DNA of 55,868 nucleotides from a virus. Taxonomy: Duplodnaviria; Caudoviricetes. Under the pieces are notes generated by a model, which ran no database searches, was not told where the DNA came from, and saw only the letters and a list, made by a program, of their open reading frames with translations. A program made the position numbers and the translations under genes. The stretch covers positions 1 through 55,868 of IMG/VR virus record IMGVR_UViG_3300036781_000517; one strand, written 5' to 3'. This document shows positions 26,466 through 35,619 of this stretch, piece after piece (position 1 is the stretch's first letter; each line of letters begins with the position of its first letter).

Positions 26466-28141
26466 ACGATTGCCTCATAGATGCGGCGAAGCAGCTCGCC
26501 GGCGACGGCCGCGGGGGGTTCGGCCGTGGATTCGGTATGACGCTGCGACGCAAACTGATCGATCACGCCGGCCACCACCTTCGTTCGGATTTCCCCGACC
26601 CTGCCCGAAAGGTGCATCAGGGCGCGAGCGGCCGGCCAGAGCGCTTCGGCCACGTGGCTGCGGTGCTCGGCATAGAACCGATCGTCCGCCTTCCCGCGCG
26701 ACGCGGCATTGGCTTCCTTGCGGAGCATCCGTCCGACGGCATCTTCGAAGACGCCGCTGATCGCCTGGAGCGACCGTTGACCCGAGTCATCGGCGGCCGG
26801 TGGTGGCGGCGGGGTGGCTGTGGGCGATCCCGCCGGCGGCGGTACGGGAGGCGGGACCTGGCCGAGCCGATCGACAGGCGTCATGTTGATCGGCGAGAGG
26901 TAGACGTCCCCGTCTTTTCCGATGCCGGGCAGCCCCTCGGCTTTGAGGACGTCGTTGGCGCTGAACCATCCCCACTGGCGGCCGGCGGCGTAGAACTCGC
27001 GGCGGGCGGCGACGTCGGCCCGTTGGATTAGTCGGATGTCGAACTCCACGAAGTATCCCGATCCGGCCGGGAAGAGTTTTCGCGTGAGCTCTTGCTCCCA
27101 CTTTGTCAGCCAGGGGCTGAGCGTGTAGAGCAGAAATTCCAGGCTCATCTGCTCGATATTCGAAAAGGTTGCGCGCTCCAGGTCCGCCAGCATGTGGGGC
27201 GGGATGCGGAAGATCCGAGCCACCTCGGTCACGCCGAACTTACGGGTCTCGATGAATTGCGCGTCTTCCGGCGGGATCCCGACCTTGGACCACTTCGTGC
27301 CGTTCTGCAGGATGCCGGTCTTGTGCGAGTTGCCCGGACCCGCGTGCATCGCGTTCCAGCTCTCGCGCATCGTGTTGAGCTGCTCGGGATTGAGCTTGCC
27401 GGGAACCTCCAGGACGCCGCCGAGCTGGGCTCCGTTGCCGAAGAAGGTGGCGCCGAAGATCTCGGCGGCCTTGCCAACCGCCAGGCTCTCGCGAGCCAGC
27501 GCGATCGGACCGTAGCCGCGGATGCCGTTGAAACCGAGGCCGGGCACGTGCACCAGCTCGTCGGCGGCGAAGATCCCACCGCCGTCATCGACGGTGTATC
27601 GAAGCTGCCCGCCATAGCGCTCGGGATGGGTGCGGTCCGGCGCCAACGGCAGGAGTTGGCGCGGCTGGCCGCGATAGTCTTCCAGGATCCGGGCATATCC
27701 GTTCCCCCAGCCGGCGAGGTGGCCCTGGAGCGTCTCTTTGAACGTGACGGCGGACATCTCGGGGTTGGGCTCATGGCGCAGGACGCCGTACAGCGGGTGC
27801 CAGGTGGCCCGGACCCGCTCGTTGCTGTCGGGGTCACCCTGGTACACGACCAGGGGGAGCATCCCGATCGACTCGGCCAGCACGCGGATGGCGGCGAACA
27901 CCGCGGTGTGCGTCAGGGCGGTGTGTTCGTTGATCTGCACGCCCGACCGAGTCGGGCCGTAGCCCCAGATCATGCTGAGCTGCTCGGCCGTGATCGGGAT
28001 GTTGGGATTTTCCAGCGAACGCGTTTCGGTTTCGGCCGAGGCCCCGCTCACCGCAAATGACGAGGGCGGCCGCGAGCCTGAAACATCCGGACCGTCCACC
28101 ATCTCGTGGAGGCGCTGGGCGTAAGTCTGTGCGTCCTGCAT
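26462..28141 (-). CDS. portal protein, HK97 family
   Basis: PNPEMS, GNGYA, ARIFRIPPHM, TFSNIEQ. Confidence 0.96.
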   Translation of the reverse strand: MQDAQTYAQRLHEMVDGPDVSGSRPPSSFAVSGASAETETRSLENPNIPITAEQLSMIWGYGPTRSGVQINEHTALTHTAVFAAIRVLAESIGMLPLVVYQGDPDSNERVRATWHPLYGVLRHEPNPEMSAVTFKETLQGHLAGWGNGYARILEDYRGQPRQLLPLAPDRTHPERYGGQLRYTVDDGGGIFAADELVHVPGLGFNGIRGYGPIALARESLAVGKAAEIFGATFFGNGAQLGGVLEVPGKLNPEQLNTMRESWNAMHAGPGNSHKTGILQNGTKWSKVGIPPEDAQFIETRKFGVTEVARIFRIPPHMLADLERATFSNIEQMSLEFLLYTLSPWLTKWEQELTRKLFPAGSGYFVEFDIRLIQRADVAARREFYAAGRQWGWFSANDVLKAEGLPGIGKDGDVYLSPINMTPVDRLGQVPPPVPPPAGSPTATPPPPPAADDSGQRSLQAISGVFEDAVGRMLRKEANAASRGKADDRFYAEHRSHVAEALWPAARALMHLSGRVGEIRTKVVAGVIDQFASQRHTESTAEPPAAVAGELLRRIYEAIV

Positions 28142-28145
28142 CCTG

Positions 28146-29882
28146 TCAGATCGCCTCAATGCGGCCGTCCCATTCGTCCTGCGGCGCCGCCAGCGCCCGG
28201 GCCATTCCTGTGAAGGTGGCGACCGGTCCGTCGATACGATTGGCGGACTTCTTTTTGTTGGGCTGGAGGTTTCCGTTTTCGTCGCGCTTCACGCAGAGGT
28301 TTCCGATCATCCAGTCCATAACCGGATTGGACCCATGCTCCAGGCGCCCGGACATCACCATGGCTTCGAACTCTTTCATCGGGTCTGACAGCGACCGGCT
28401 ACCCTGGCGGACGGGCACCATCCGATCGCCGAATCCGTCCTCTTCGCGGAGCTGGCGCGACAGCTCCGTGCCGTCCCACTCGTCATAGCCCACCTCAACG
28501 ATCGGGCACTCGTGATCGATGCGGTTGATCGCTGCCCGGATGGCCTGCGAGTCAATCTCGTTTCCCTCGGTCATCGTCACGAAGCCGGCCCGCTCCCAGG
28601 CGGCGTAGGGGACGTGATCGGCCTTTTCCTTTTCGTGGGCGGTCACGTTGGGGACCCAGAAATGCGGGATGATGATCCAGGGCTCGCCATGAACCTCGGA
28701 CCGGAAGATCTGCACCACGGCGGTCAGGTCGATTTTGCTGGACAGGTCCAGGCCCAGGAAACACGAGCTGCCGCGCAGCTCGTCCAGCTTGCGCTTGCGC
28801 CAGGCCTCGGGGGTCTCGCCGTCTTTCAGGCCACTGGCCTGCGCCCAGCGGTCGCCGCGCAGCCACGCCTCGTCGGCGTCGGTCACGATGTTCATGTGCA
28901 GCCGCAGAAACCCGTTGAGCTCCGACGGCGTCTCCTGCGCCTTCTTGCACTCTCGGGCCATGAACTCCTCGGACACAGTGATGCCGAGGTTGGGGTTGGC
29001 CTTGCTCCAGATCGCCGGGTCGGCGTAGTCGTCATCCTTGGTGGCTTCGTAAACGACCGGGAGAAAGCCCGGGTCAAAGCCAACGCGGGACGGATCGCCC
29101 TTGTTGTCGCGCACCTGACGCGCCCGCTTGAGCATCGTGTTGCACAAGCTCGGGCGGTTGTAGTCGGCGGTCGTCGCGTAGATGACCAGCGGCTGGGCCC
29201 GGGCGGCGGTTGATTTCTGGAGGACGTCGGCCAGCTCCGCATCGGCGTGTCGGTGCACCTCGTCAATGATGACGAAGTGCGGATTGACGCCGTCGGCGGT
29301 ATTCGCGTCGGCGCTGAGGCACTTGTACGCCGACGACTGTGCGTCATAGACGATCGACTTCTGCTGAGATCCGCCCTTGGCGCCGTATACGGTGAGGCGG
29401 CTGGAAAGCTCGGGCTCCTGCCTGACCATGCCGACGGCATGGCTGAAGATCAGCGCCGCCTGCTCCTTGGACGCAGCGGCACTGTAGATCTCCGCGCCGA
29501 CTTCGTTGTCGGTCATCATGACCAGCAGCAGGATCGCCGCGGCCAGTGCTGTTTTTCCGTTTTTCTTTGCCACGTAGATGAAGCACTCTCGGTATCGCCG
29601 CGTTCCGTCGGGACGCTTCCAGCCGAACAGGTTGGCGACGATCGACTTTTGCCAGGGTTGCAGCAGGAACGGCGCGCCGGCCGCTGTGTCGCGCGTCCCC
29701 TTGGCGTGCTTGATGCACTCTTCGATAAACGCGATGGCGTCGGCCGCGGCCGCTTCGTCGAACCAGCAGTCGCCCGCCTGGTCGTGCGGGTCGTAGCCGG
29801 GGAGCAAGAGGATGACGCCGGCGAGGGTCGAATCAGCCGGCTTGGAAGAAGCGGCTCTTGGCCTGCGGCTTATCGTCTTCAC
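28146..29882 (-). CDS. terL: terminase large subunit
   Basis: AKKNGKT Walker A, IIDEVH Walker B, LGLDLS and RIDG nuclease motifs. Confidence 0.97.
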   Translation of the reverse strand: MKTISRRPRAASSKPADSTLAGVILLLPGYDPHDQAGDCWFDEAAAADAIAFIEECIKHAKGTRDTAAGAPFLLQPWQKSIVANLFGWKRPDGTRRYRECFIYVAKKNGKTALAAAILLLVMMTDNEVGAEIYSAAASKEQAALIFSHAVGMVRQEPELSSRLTVYGAKGGSQQKSIVYDAQSSAYKCLSADANTADGVNPHFVIIDEVHRHADAELADVLQKSTAARAQPLVIYATTADYNRPSLCNTMLKRARQVRDNKGDPSRVGFDPGFLPVVYEATKDDDYADPAIWSKANPNLGITVSEEFMARECKKAQETPSELNGFLRLHMNIVTDADEAWLRGDRWAQASGLKDGETPEAWRKRKLDELRGSSCFLGLDLSSKIDLTAVVQIFRSEVHGEPWIIIPHFWVPNVTAHEKEKADHVPYAAWERAGFVTMTEGNEIDSQAIRAAINRIDHECPIVEVGYDEWDGTELSRQLREEDGFGDRMVPVRQGSRSLSDPMKEFEAMVMSGRLEHGSNPVMDWMIGNLCVKRDENGNLQPNKKKSANRIDGPVATFTGMARALAAPQDEWDGRIEAI

Positions 29883-30312
29883 TCGGTACCTGGATCCGGC
29901 TGCGGCTCGATGGGGTCATGCCGAATTGCTCCTCGATCTTCAGGAGCATCGTCGCGCACTTGTGATACTGGGACACCTGCGGCCAGGGCATGACGCACTT
30001 CACGTTCCCCGCGTCATCTTTGAGCGTGTACACCTCGCCGTTTTTTTCGAGGAAGGCGCACGCGGCTTTCCAGCGGACGAAGTATTCGCAGTAGCGGGCC
30101 AGCGTCTTGCCGTCCGCCCGCGTGAGCACGCGCGTCGGGGCAAGGATCGCGACGACTTCTCCCCACACGTCCTTGGCCGCCGTCGACAGCCACATCGGGC
30201 AATCCGGCGCGGTCGCCTCGGGCTGGGGCTCGGCCTTGTTGGCCTTGCCGCGCCACGAGCCGCGCAGCCGCAGGACGGCCGTCGGTGTTGGTTTTGGTCC
30301 CCGCCGGCCCAT
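29833..30312 (-). CDS. terS: terminase small subunit, P27 family
   Basis: GPKPTPTAVLRLRG...FGMTPSSRSRI. Confidence 0.95.
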   Translation of the reverse strand: MGRRGPKPTPTAVLRLRGSWRGKANKAEPQPEATAPDCPMWLSTAAKDVWGEVVAILAPTRVLTRADGKTLARYCEYFVRWKAACAFLEKNGEVYTLKDDAGNVKCVMPWPQVSQYHKCATMLLKIEEQFGMTPSSRSRIQVPSEDDKPQAKSRFFQAG

Positions 30313-30390
30313 TTTTTCTCGGAAATTTTCAGGGCCACGTAACGCCAGACTCCGCGACGGCTTAGGGACGGACGCAACGTAAGTTATTTA

Positions 30391-30419
30391 TTGACAAGCA
30401 GTTGCGTATATGCTCTAAT
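30391..30419 (+). promoter_or_regulatory. sigma70-type promoter of the DUF932 cassette
   Basis: TTGACA-17-TCTAAT, extended TG, AT-rich upstream; ACGCAAC/GTTGCGT inverted repeat around -35. Confidence 0.85.
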
Positions 30420-30519
30420 CCCTTTGTCGGGTTGGGAATGGTTCCCGGCCCAACAAAAACAAGACCCCGGTCGCAGGCGGCAAACCAATCGACCGGGGCC
30501 AAAGCAAGGAGTCTGCATC

Positions 30520-31515
30520 ATGGCACACGCGATCGATCAGTCAACCGGTAAGGCAGCAGTGTTCGTCACCGGTCAGCCGGCTTGGCACAAGCTGGGCGTC
30601 GTCATCGAGAAGGCAGCGACCAGCGCCCTGGCGATCAAGCTGGCCGGGCTCAATTGGACCGTTGAGCAGTGGCCCGTGCGGGCATTCAACCCGGACAAGC
30701 CCGCCGAGGAAGCGGCATGCACGGAGCGCGTCGCCAACGTCCGGACCGACACCAAGAAAGTGCTGGGGGTCGTCAGCCGCGGCTACAAGGTCTTTCAGAA
30801 CGCCGACGCATTCGACTTCATGGATTCGCTGGTCGGCGACAAGCTGGCCATGTACGAAACGGCTGGCGCCCTGCACGACGGCCGGCGGATCTGGATGCTC
30901 GCCCGGATGCCCAAGGAATACCGCGCCGCCAAGGCCGACCTGGTCAAACCCTACGTCCTGCTCACCACCGGCCACGATGGCAAGAGCCCGGTGCAGATGC
31001 TGGCGACTACGGTGCGGGTCGTCTGCCAGAACACGCTCAATCTGGCCATGAAGGCCGGCGCGGCTCTGACCGTCAGCCACTTCACCAATCTGGACCAGCG
31101 CGTCAGCGAGGCCCGCCAGAAGCTCGGCATCATCGCGGCCCGCTTCGACCAGTTCGACGCCGAGATGCACGCGATGATCAAGCGCCCGCTCAAGTCGGCG
31201 CAGGCGGACAAGTATTTCCGGGCCCAGTTCGGTGTCGACGCCGGCGCCAGCGACCTGGCGAAGAAGCTGGCCGAGCGGAAGCTGGATCAGGTCCGCGCCA
31301 ACTTCGACAACGAACGCAACGCGCTGCCCGGCATCAAGGGCACGGCGTGGGCGGCATACAACGCCGTCAGCGAATACGCCGATCACCAGAAGTCCTGGAT
31401 CGGCAAGACCGCCAAGGACAAGGCCGACACGCAGCTCAATTCGATCTGGTTCGGCGGATCGCACCAGCTCAAGCAAAAGGCGTACGCCGATGCCCTGGCA
31501 TTGACGAAGGCCTGA
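30520..31515 (+). CDS. DUF932-family protein
   Basis: PAWHKLG, YETAGAL, GHDG, VRVVCQNTL, GTAWAAYNAVSEYADH. Confidence 0.92.
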   Translation: MAHAIDQSTGKAAVFVTGQPAWHKLGVVIEKAATSALAIKLAGLNWTVEQWPVRAFNPDKPAEEAACTERVANVRTDTKKVLGVVSRGYKVFQNADAFDFMDSLVGDKLAMYETAGALHDGRRIWMLARMPKEYRAAKADLVKPYVLLTTGHDGKSPVQMLATTVRVVCQNTLNLAMKAGAALTVSHFTNLDQRVSEARQKLGIIAARFDQFDAEMHAMIKRPLKSAQADKYFRAQFGVDAGASDLAKKLAERKLDQVRANFDNERNALPGIKGTAWAAYNAVSEYADHQKSWIGKTAKDKADTQLNSIWFGGSHQLKQKAYADALALTKA

Positions 31516-31525
31516 TCGACTCCAC

Positions 31526-31559
31526 GGGCGGCCGGGCAACCGGCCGCCCTTTCCCTTTT
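31526..31559 (+). terminator. Intrinsic terminator
   Basis: gggcggccgg-gcaa-ccggccgccc plus tttccctttt. Confidence 0.75.
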
Positions 31560-31580
31560 CAGAGAAAGGCAGGAGCGGTC

Positions 31581-32585
31581 ATGCTACTTTCCAAGATCAC
31601 TACGCGCCCGGAGCTCTACCAGAATCGCGCCGCAGCGTTCAGCGAATCCACCGTCGCCGGCATCGTGGCGGAGGGGCTGGACCTGGCCAAGTTCGATCCG
31701 ATCCCCGTGCTGGCCAGATCCGGCTGCGTCGGCGGCGACGGTCATTCCCGACTCGAAGCAATCCGCCGCCTCGCGAAGGCCGGCCGGCTGCCCAAGTCCT
31801 GGCAGCGCGGCCGGGACTTTGACGTCCCGACGAAGCCGGTCAGCGAAGCCGAAGCGCGACGCCTGGCATGGACGGCCAACCTCTCGCGGGACGGCTTCAC
31901 GCCCGGCGAGGAGGCGAAGGTTTACCAGTCGATGCTCGACGGCGGGCTGACGGCCAAGGAAGCCGGCGAGCTGGCCCACAAGTCCGAGGCCCACGTCAGC
32001 CGGATGCTCATCCTCAATACGCTTTGTCGTGACATCCGCGAGTGCGTGGGCGCCAGCCCGGCTGCCGGCGGGATCGACATCCTCACTGGGCAGGTCCTGG
32101 CCAACGGGTTCGCCCGCTACGGCGTCGAGCCCCAGCAGCAACAGCAGCTCTGGCATTGCGTGCTCAAGCACGCTCTGCTGAATTTCCAATCGGCCAAGCG
32201 GTTCATCGACCGCATCGGCTCACGGCTCGCGGAGAAGTCCTCCGACGGCATGCTCTTCGCCATGCCGGCCAACGCCGTGGCGGTCGTCGCCGAAGCCAAG
32301 GCCCGCGGGCAGGCCGCCCGCACCGCCAAGACGGGGCTGGCCCTTTTACTCAGCGCCCGCAAGCTCGGCGGACTCGACAGCCAACCCGAGCTGGCGATGT
32401 GGCTGGACGACAACGGCCAGACGGTCCTTGAGGACCTGTCGGCCCGCGTCACTGAGGACGCCGATGTCCTCGCTGACCTGGTGGCGCCGCCCAAGCAGTG
32501 GGCGGCACGGCCGGCATCACCGGCCGATGCACGGATCGCGCGTCAATACGACCCCCAAGCAACCCCGATGCTCATCGGAGCCTGA
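31581..32585 (+). CDS. ParB/Srx-like protein
   Basis: DGHSR, ANLSRDGFTPGEEA, following HTH. Confidence 0.85.
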   Translation: MLLSKITTRPELYQNRAAAFSESTVAGIVAEGLDLAKFDPIPVLARSGCVGGDGHSRLEAIRRLAKAGRLPKSWQRGRDFDVPTKPVSEAEARRLAWTANLSRDGFTPGEEAKVYQSMLDGGLTAKEAGELAHKSEAHVSRMLILNTLCRDIRECVGASPAAGGIDILTGQVLANGFARYGVEPQQQQQLWHCVLKHALLNFQSAKRFIDRIGSRLAEKSSDGMLFAMPANAVAVVAEAKARGQAARTAKTGLALLLSARKLGGLDSQPELAMWLDDNGQTVLEDLSARVTEDADVLADLVAPPKQWAARPASPADARIARQYDPQATPMLIGA

Positions 32586-32596
32586 AAGGAATCGCC

Positions 32597-33445
32597 ATGA
32601 CTCATCTACCCATTATCGAAGAAACGTCGGCACCGCGCGGGCGCCCGACATTGAACCCCGACGGCGTCTCCGTCAAAGGGTGCAGCATGATCTACGCGCC
32701 GGCAGGACAGGCGGGGGAATACTCGCCGCTCGCGGCCAACCCCTACCGCGGATGCGGCCACAAGTGCGCCTACTGCTACGTGCCCAACGTGCTGCGGATG
32801 GACCGCAAGGAGTTCGACGCCGGCGCCGTGCCGCGCGCCGACTTCATCCGGCACCTGACCCGCGACGCCACGAAGTATCAGGCCCTCGGCAGCCGCGAGC
32901 AGGTGATGCTCAGCTTCACCACCGACCCCTACCACCCCGGCGACAACGCGCTCACCCGTCAAACCCTCGAGGTCCTCATCGAGCACGGCCTGGGGATCTG
33001 CACGCTGACCAAGGGCGGCGGTCGGGCCCGGCGCGATCTTGATCTCTTCCGTCCCGATCGCGACGCCTTCGCCAGCACGCTGACGAGCATCGACGACGAG
33101 TTCTCCCGCAAGTGGGAGCGTGGGGCAGCCATGCCGGCGGACCGCATCGACACGCTGCGGCACTTTCACGACGCAGGCATTTTCACGTGGGTCAGCCTGG
33201 AACCGGTGCTCGACACCGCGGCCACCCTGGAAATCATTCGCCAGACCCACGGCTTCGTGGACCTGTTCAAGGTCGGCCGGGTGAACTACTCCGGCCTGAC
33301 CAAGACAACGGATTGGGAGCGCTTCACCGGTGACGTCCTGGAGGTCCTTTCCGCGACGGGCGCCGGGCACTACATCAAAAAGGACCTGCAGCCTTACCTG
33401 CCGGCGGGATACGTGAACCCAATGCGGGTTTCGCAGCATCGCTGA
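32597..33445 (+). CDS. radical SAM protein (spore photoproduct lyase-like)
   Basis: NPYRGCGHKCAYCY, TDPY, LTK, VSLEP. Confidence 0.92.
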   Translation: MTHLPIIEETSAPRGRPTLNPDGVSVKGCSMIYAPAGQAGEYSPLAANPYRGCGHKCAYCYVPNVLRMDRKEFDAGAVPRADFIRHLTRDATKYQALGSREQVMLSFTTDPYHPGDNALTRQTLEVLIEHGLGICTLTKGGGRARRDLDLFRPDRDAFASTLTSIDDEFSRKWERGAAMPADRIDTLRHFHDAGIFTWVSLEPVLDTAATLEIIRQTHGFVDLFKVGRVNYSGLTKTTDWERFTGDVLEVLSATGAGHYIKKDLQPYLPAGYVNPMRVSQHR

Positions 33446-33608
33446 TTTCATAGTCTGGTGTTTCTGCACCAGGCGATGCTCGGAACGGCTTGAAGCAGGC
33501 CAAGCATAGAAATTCAGGCACAATCAGGCATTCGGTCTTAACCAACGACCTCGCAGCGCATGCGGGACAGATCGACCGAGGGCGACCGAAGGGTGGCAAT
33601 GTTTTCAT
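33375..33608 (-). CDS. small Zn-ribbon protein
   Basis: CPAC...CLAC; ATGA coupling to the methyltransferase stop. Confidence 0.5.
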   Translation of the reverse strand: MKTLPPFGRPRSICPACAARSLVKTECLIVPEFLCLACFKPFRASPGAETPDYEISDAAKPALGSRIPPAGKAAGPF

Positions 33609-34219
33609 GCTGGCGATAGGGCCGATCGCTTCAGTGCGGCCCAGTAGTGGGTCATGTCGCCGCCGTGCCCGCAGTGGTATCCCTTCCAGGACTCGATCGC
33701 GTATCCGGCGGCTTTCACGAGCCGCCGGATCTTTTCTTTGGCGACGGCCATGTAGCAGCCGTAGAGGTCGTTGCCGAACTCCTGCACCAGCTCGCGGAGG
33801 TCGTGGGTCTGCCACGCGCCGCCCAGCTTCACCTTTTGCCGCAGCCCGTCGTTGACGACCAAGTGCATCGACTCGGGGAAGGCCCGCGGCGTTCCGAAGA
33901 AAGCGCCCAGGGCCGGGAACGGTGATCCGTAGGGGTCGCAGTCCAGGAAGTTGAACGACCGCTCCGCACAGCCGCCCGCCTCAAGCACTGTTTCGCAGGG
34001 CGACTGATAGACCGACCAGCTCGGGCGCTGGGCGGCGAGCGTCTCGGCCTTGTCCGGATCCACCTCGAATACGACCCCGCGGGTGAACCGGGAGTAGCAG
34101 GCAGCGAACACCTTGCCGGCGCCGCCATGAGTTTCCAGCACGGTGGGCTCGCGGCAGGAGGCCAGGGCCTCAAGCCGCAGTGCCACCTTTTGCTTGAACG
34201 TTGAGTTGTCCTTTTGCAT
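33605..34219 (-). CDS. SAM-dependent methyltransferase-like protein
   Basis: VLETHGGAG (motif I-like), FLDCDPYGSP. Confidence 0.8.
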   Translation of the reverse strand: MQKDNSTFKQKVALRLEALASCREPTVLETHGGAGKVFAACYSRFTRGVVFEVDPDKAETLAAQRPSWSVYQSPCETVLEAGGCAERSFNFLDCDPYGSPFPALGAFFGTPRAFPESMHLVVNDGLRQKVKLGGAWQTHDLRELVQEFGNDLYGCYMAVAKEKIRRLVKAAGYAIESWKGYHCGHGGDMTHYWAALKRSALSPA

Positions 34220-34826
34220 ACGACTGGCAGATCTCCACCAGGGCCTCTCCCCGGTTCATGTTGCCGGTCAATACCAGCGCCTTCTCGACGTCGGCCAGGT
34301 CCTTGACGGAGATGACCATCTTCACCTTGGGGTCTCCGCGCTTGCAGATCTCGCTGCGAGCGTCTCCGCCGGCTTTTGGCGGAGTGCCTTGCGCGCCCAG
34401 GCCTTCGACCAGATCGGCGGCCAAGCCACGCAGCGACTCTTGCCCGAAGGTGACGTCGCCCAGCAGCGTCCGCAGATTCGCCTCGTCAGGGACGGCGAGG
34501 CCGGCCAGCGGATCCAGCGTGAGCAGGATCTTCTTTTCCGCCTCCTCCGACCAGGACCCGATCAGCACCGGGATGGGGGTTGACGGATCCACCGAGGCAC
34601 GCCTGGCGTGACCGTCGACCAGTCGCTTGGTCCGTTCGTTCCAGAGACAAGCTCCGGCCCATCCGATTTCCGGATCGTCGAGGACGTCTTTCAGGGCGGC
34701 CATCTGATTGTCCGGATGCCTCCGCCAGTTCAGCGGGTTCTCATCCAGCGACCCTGCTTCGATCCATTCAAGCCGCAAGGGCGGCTGTCCCGGTGGTCGC
34801 GCAGACGGCTTCTTATCTTTGGCCAT
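34170..34826 (-). CDS. ParB N-terminal domain protein
   Basis: NPLNWRRHP...LVDGHAR. Confidence 0.88.
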   Translation of the reverse strand: MAKDKKPSARPPGQPPLRLEWIEAGSLDENPLNWRRHPDNQMAALKDVLDDPEIGWAGACLWNERTKRLVDGHARRASVDPSTPIPVLIGSWSEEAEKKILLTLDPLAGLAVPDEANLRTLLGDVTFGQESLRGLAADLVEGLGAQGTPPKAGGDARSEICKRGDPKVKMVISVKDLADVEKALVLTGNMNRGEALVEICQSYAKGQLNVQAKGGTAA

Positions 34827-34879
34827 GGGTCGAGGTCTCCGGAGGCCCGCAGCTTGCCGGCGTAGGGGGGGGCTAGTCA

Positions 34880-34960
34880 AAACCCGTGAAAATTCACGCA
34901 CGACCGATACGGTCTGGGAGGGGTGTGTCCCCCAGAAATTTAGACCCCCCTGCCCCCTGC
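34880..34960. other. Probable cos/packaging initiation region
   Basis: Non-coding gap just downstream of HNH; minus strand GGGGGGTCTAAATTT...; typical position in HNH plus P27-terS phages. Confidence 0.5.
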
Positions 34961-34993
34961 CGTCGTTCCGCCGGCGGATTTCATTCTGAAACG

Positions 34994-35314
34994 CTACCTC
35001 CTGGCCCGCCCGAACCCGCCGTCCTCCGTGGCAGTCTTACGGTTGTGGTGGGACTCGCACAGGGCTTGGTGGTTGGCTGGCTCCCAGAACAGTCTCGAGT
35101 CCCCAAGGTGGGGGATCGCGTGGTCAACGACCGTCGCCACCGTCGTCCGTCCATCGGCCAGACATGCGACGCAAAGGGGATGATCCCGCAGGTAGCCCGC
35201 CCGGTACCTCTGCCATCGCGATCCGTAGCCTCGCGCTGCAGCAGTGGGTCGCTTCCCTGCGGAATGCGGCCGGGTCCGTTGCGCGTGGGATCTCGGGCGC
35301 GTGGGCATCGACAT
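34994..35314 (-). CDS. packaging-associated HNH endonuclease
   Basis: RGYG..W, HPLCVAC, VVDHAIPH, NHQALCESHHNRKT. Confidence 0.93.
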   Translation of the reverse strand: MSMPTRPRSHAQRTRPHSAGKRPTAAARGYGSRWQRYRAGYLRDHPLCVACLADGRTTVATVVDHAIPHLGDSRLFWEPANHQALCESHHNRKTATEDGGFGRARR

Positions 35315-35610
35315 CACCCGAATACGGCCCAACCGATCACCGCGTCGCCGCCGCTACCCTTAACGGTCACGGCGCCATAACCGCTCGCGGCGCTGAGTTG
35401 AAAGCCCTGTGCCTGGCCTGGCTCGATCTCGAAGAACTCATTCGCACCGTGCATGATCTCAATGTTCACCAGCACGGAATTGGAACTGCTCGAATGGCAG
35501 GCGATCACGATCTTGAGTGCGGGTCCCTGATCGCTTGGCGAAGGGTCAAAGCAAACGCCCCCCGTCGAATCGATCGTCTGCTGATTTGCCGCGCGGGCTG
35601 CTGTGACCAT
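35314..35610 (-). CDS. small beta-rich protein
   Basis: GAGG RBS, TGATG coupling to HNH. Confidence 0.7.
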   Translation of the reverse strand: MVTAARAANQQTIDSTGGVCFDPSPSDQGPALKIVIACHSSSSNSVLVNIEIMHGANEFFEIEPGQAQGFQLSAASGYGAVTVKGSGGDAVIGWAVFG

Positions 35611-35619
35611 GGATCAACC

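Noticed and set aside
12397-29993. Long plus-strand ORFs such as 12397..13713, 18935..20482, 23234..24550 and 25002..26117
   Set aside because: They are antisense shadows of clear structural genes in GC-rich DNA
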